64,000 bases of DNA from Escherichia phage AV128. A program made the translations under genes and the position numbers. Position 1 is the stretch's first letter; every line of letters begins with the position of its first letter. The DNA lies in sequence record OR352958.1; one strand, written 5' to 3'. The notes under the pieces were generated by a model. It worked only from the letters and a program-made list of their open reading frames with translations. It did not search any database and had not been told where the DNA came from. Below, piece after piece: positions 63,993-64,000 of this stretch.

Positions 63993-64000
63993 CTGGTACA

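Noticed and set aside
1-64000. tRNA genes, integrase or lysogeny module
   Set aside because: No T-loop-like GTTCGAATC-type sequences in cloverleaf context and no recombinase or repressor motifs noticed; by-eye search cannot exclude tRNAs, so tRNAscan-SE should be run.

Overview
The window reads as most of a virulent, myovirus-like tailed-phage genome, with no integrase, rRNA, CRISPR or tRNA visible by eye. All calls are by-eye motif recognition on the supplied six-frame track; no database search or folding was run. Layout: (1) a + strand early region (1-3.85 kb) of small genes, including three paralogous acidic-protein cassettes, each with its own sigma70-like promoter; (2) a long - strand early/middle operon (5.27-17.56 kb) of about 30 tightly packed small ORFs plus a VapE-like P-loop NTPase and a putative primase; (3) a + strand DNA-metabolism block (17.7-35.45 kb) with Dda/RecD-like helicase, a K/A/E-rich coiled-coil protein, a self-contained enzyme unit (FAD-Rossmann protein, secreted protein, divergent ThyX-like protein, HAD fusion, SDR, VOC-like), DnaQ-like exonuclease, DnaE-like polymerase, VRR-NUC nuclease, SNF2 helicase, gp2.5-like SSB, Rz with embedded Rz1, MazG-like NTPase and ATP-dependent ligase; (4) a - strand late block (35.48-63.99 kb) with GH19 endolysin, tail fibers, baseplate, tape measure with lytic transglycosylase domain, tube, sheath, capsid, protease/scaffold, portal and large terminase. 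The strongest unexplained signals are: two homologous ~300-bp iteron/AT-rich palindromic elements 52.5 kb apart (4.66-4.95 kb and 57.14-57.43 kb); a dense array of the motif ATAGTGCAAAT in the early region; the triplicated acidic-protein cassettes with covarying leader hairpins; the enzyme unit built around a ThyX-like protein with an altered substrate motif; and an inorganic-pyrophosphatase-like signature at the C-terminus of the portal ORF.
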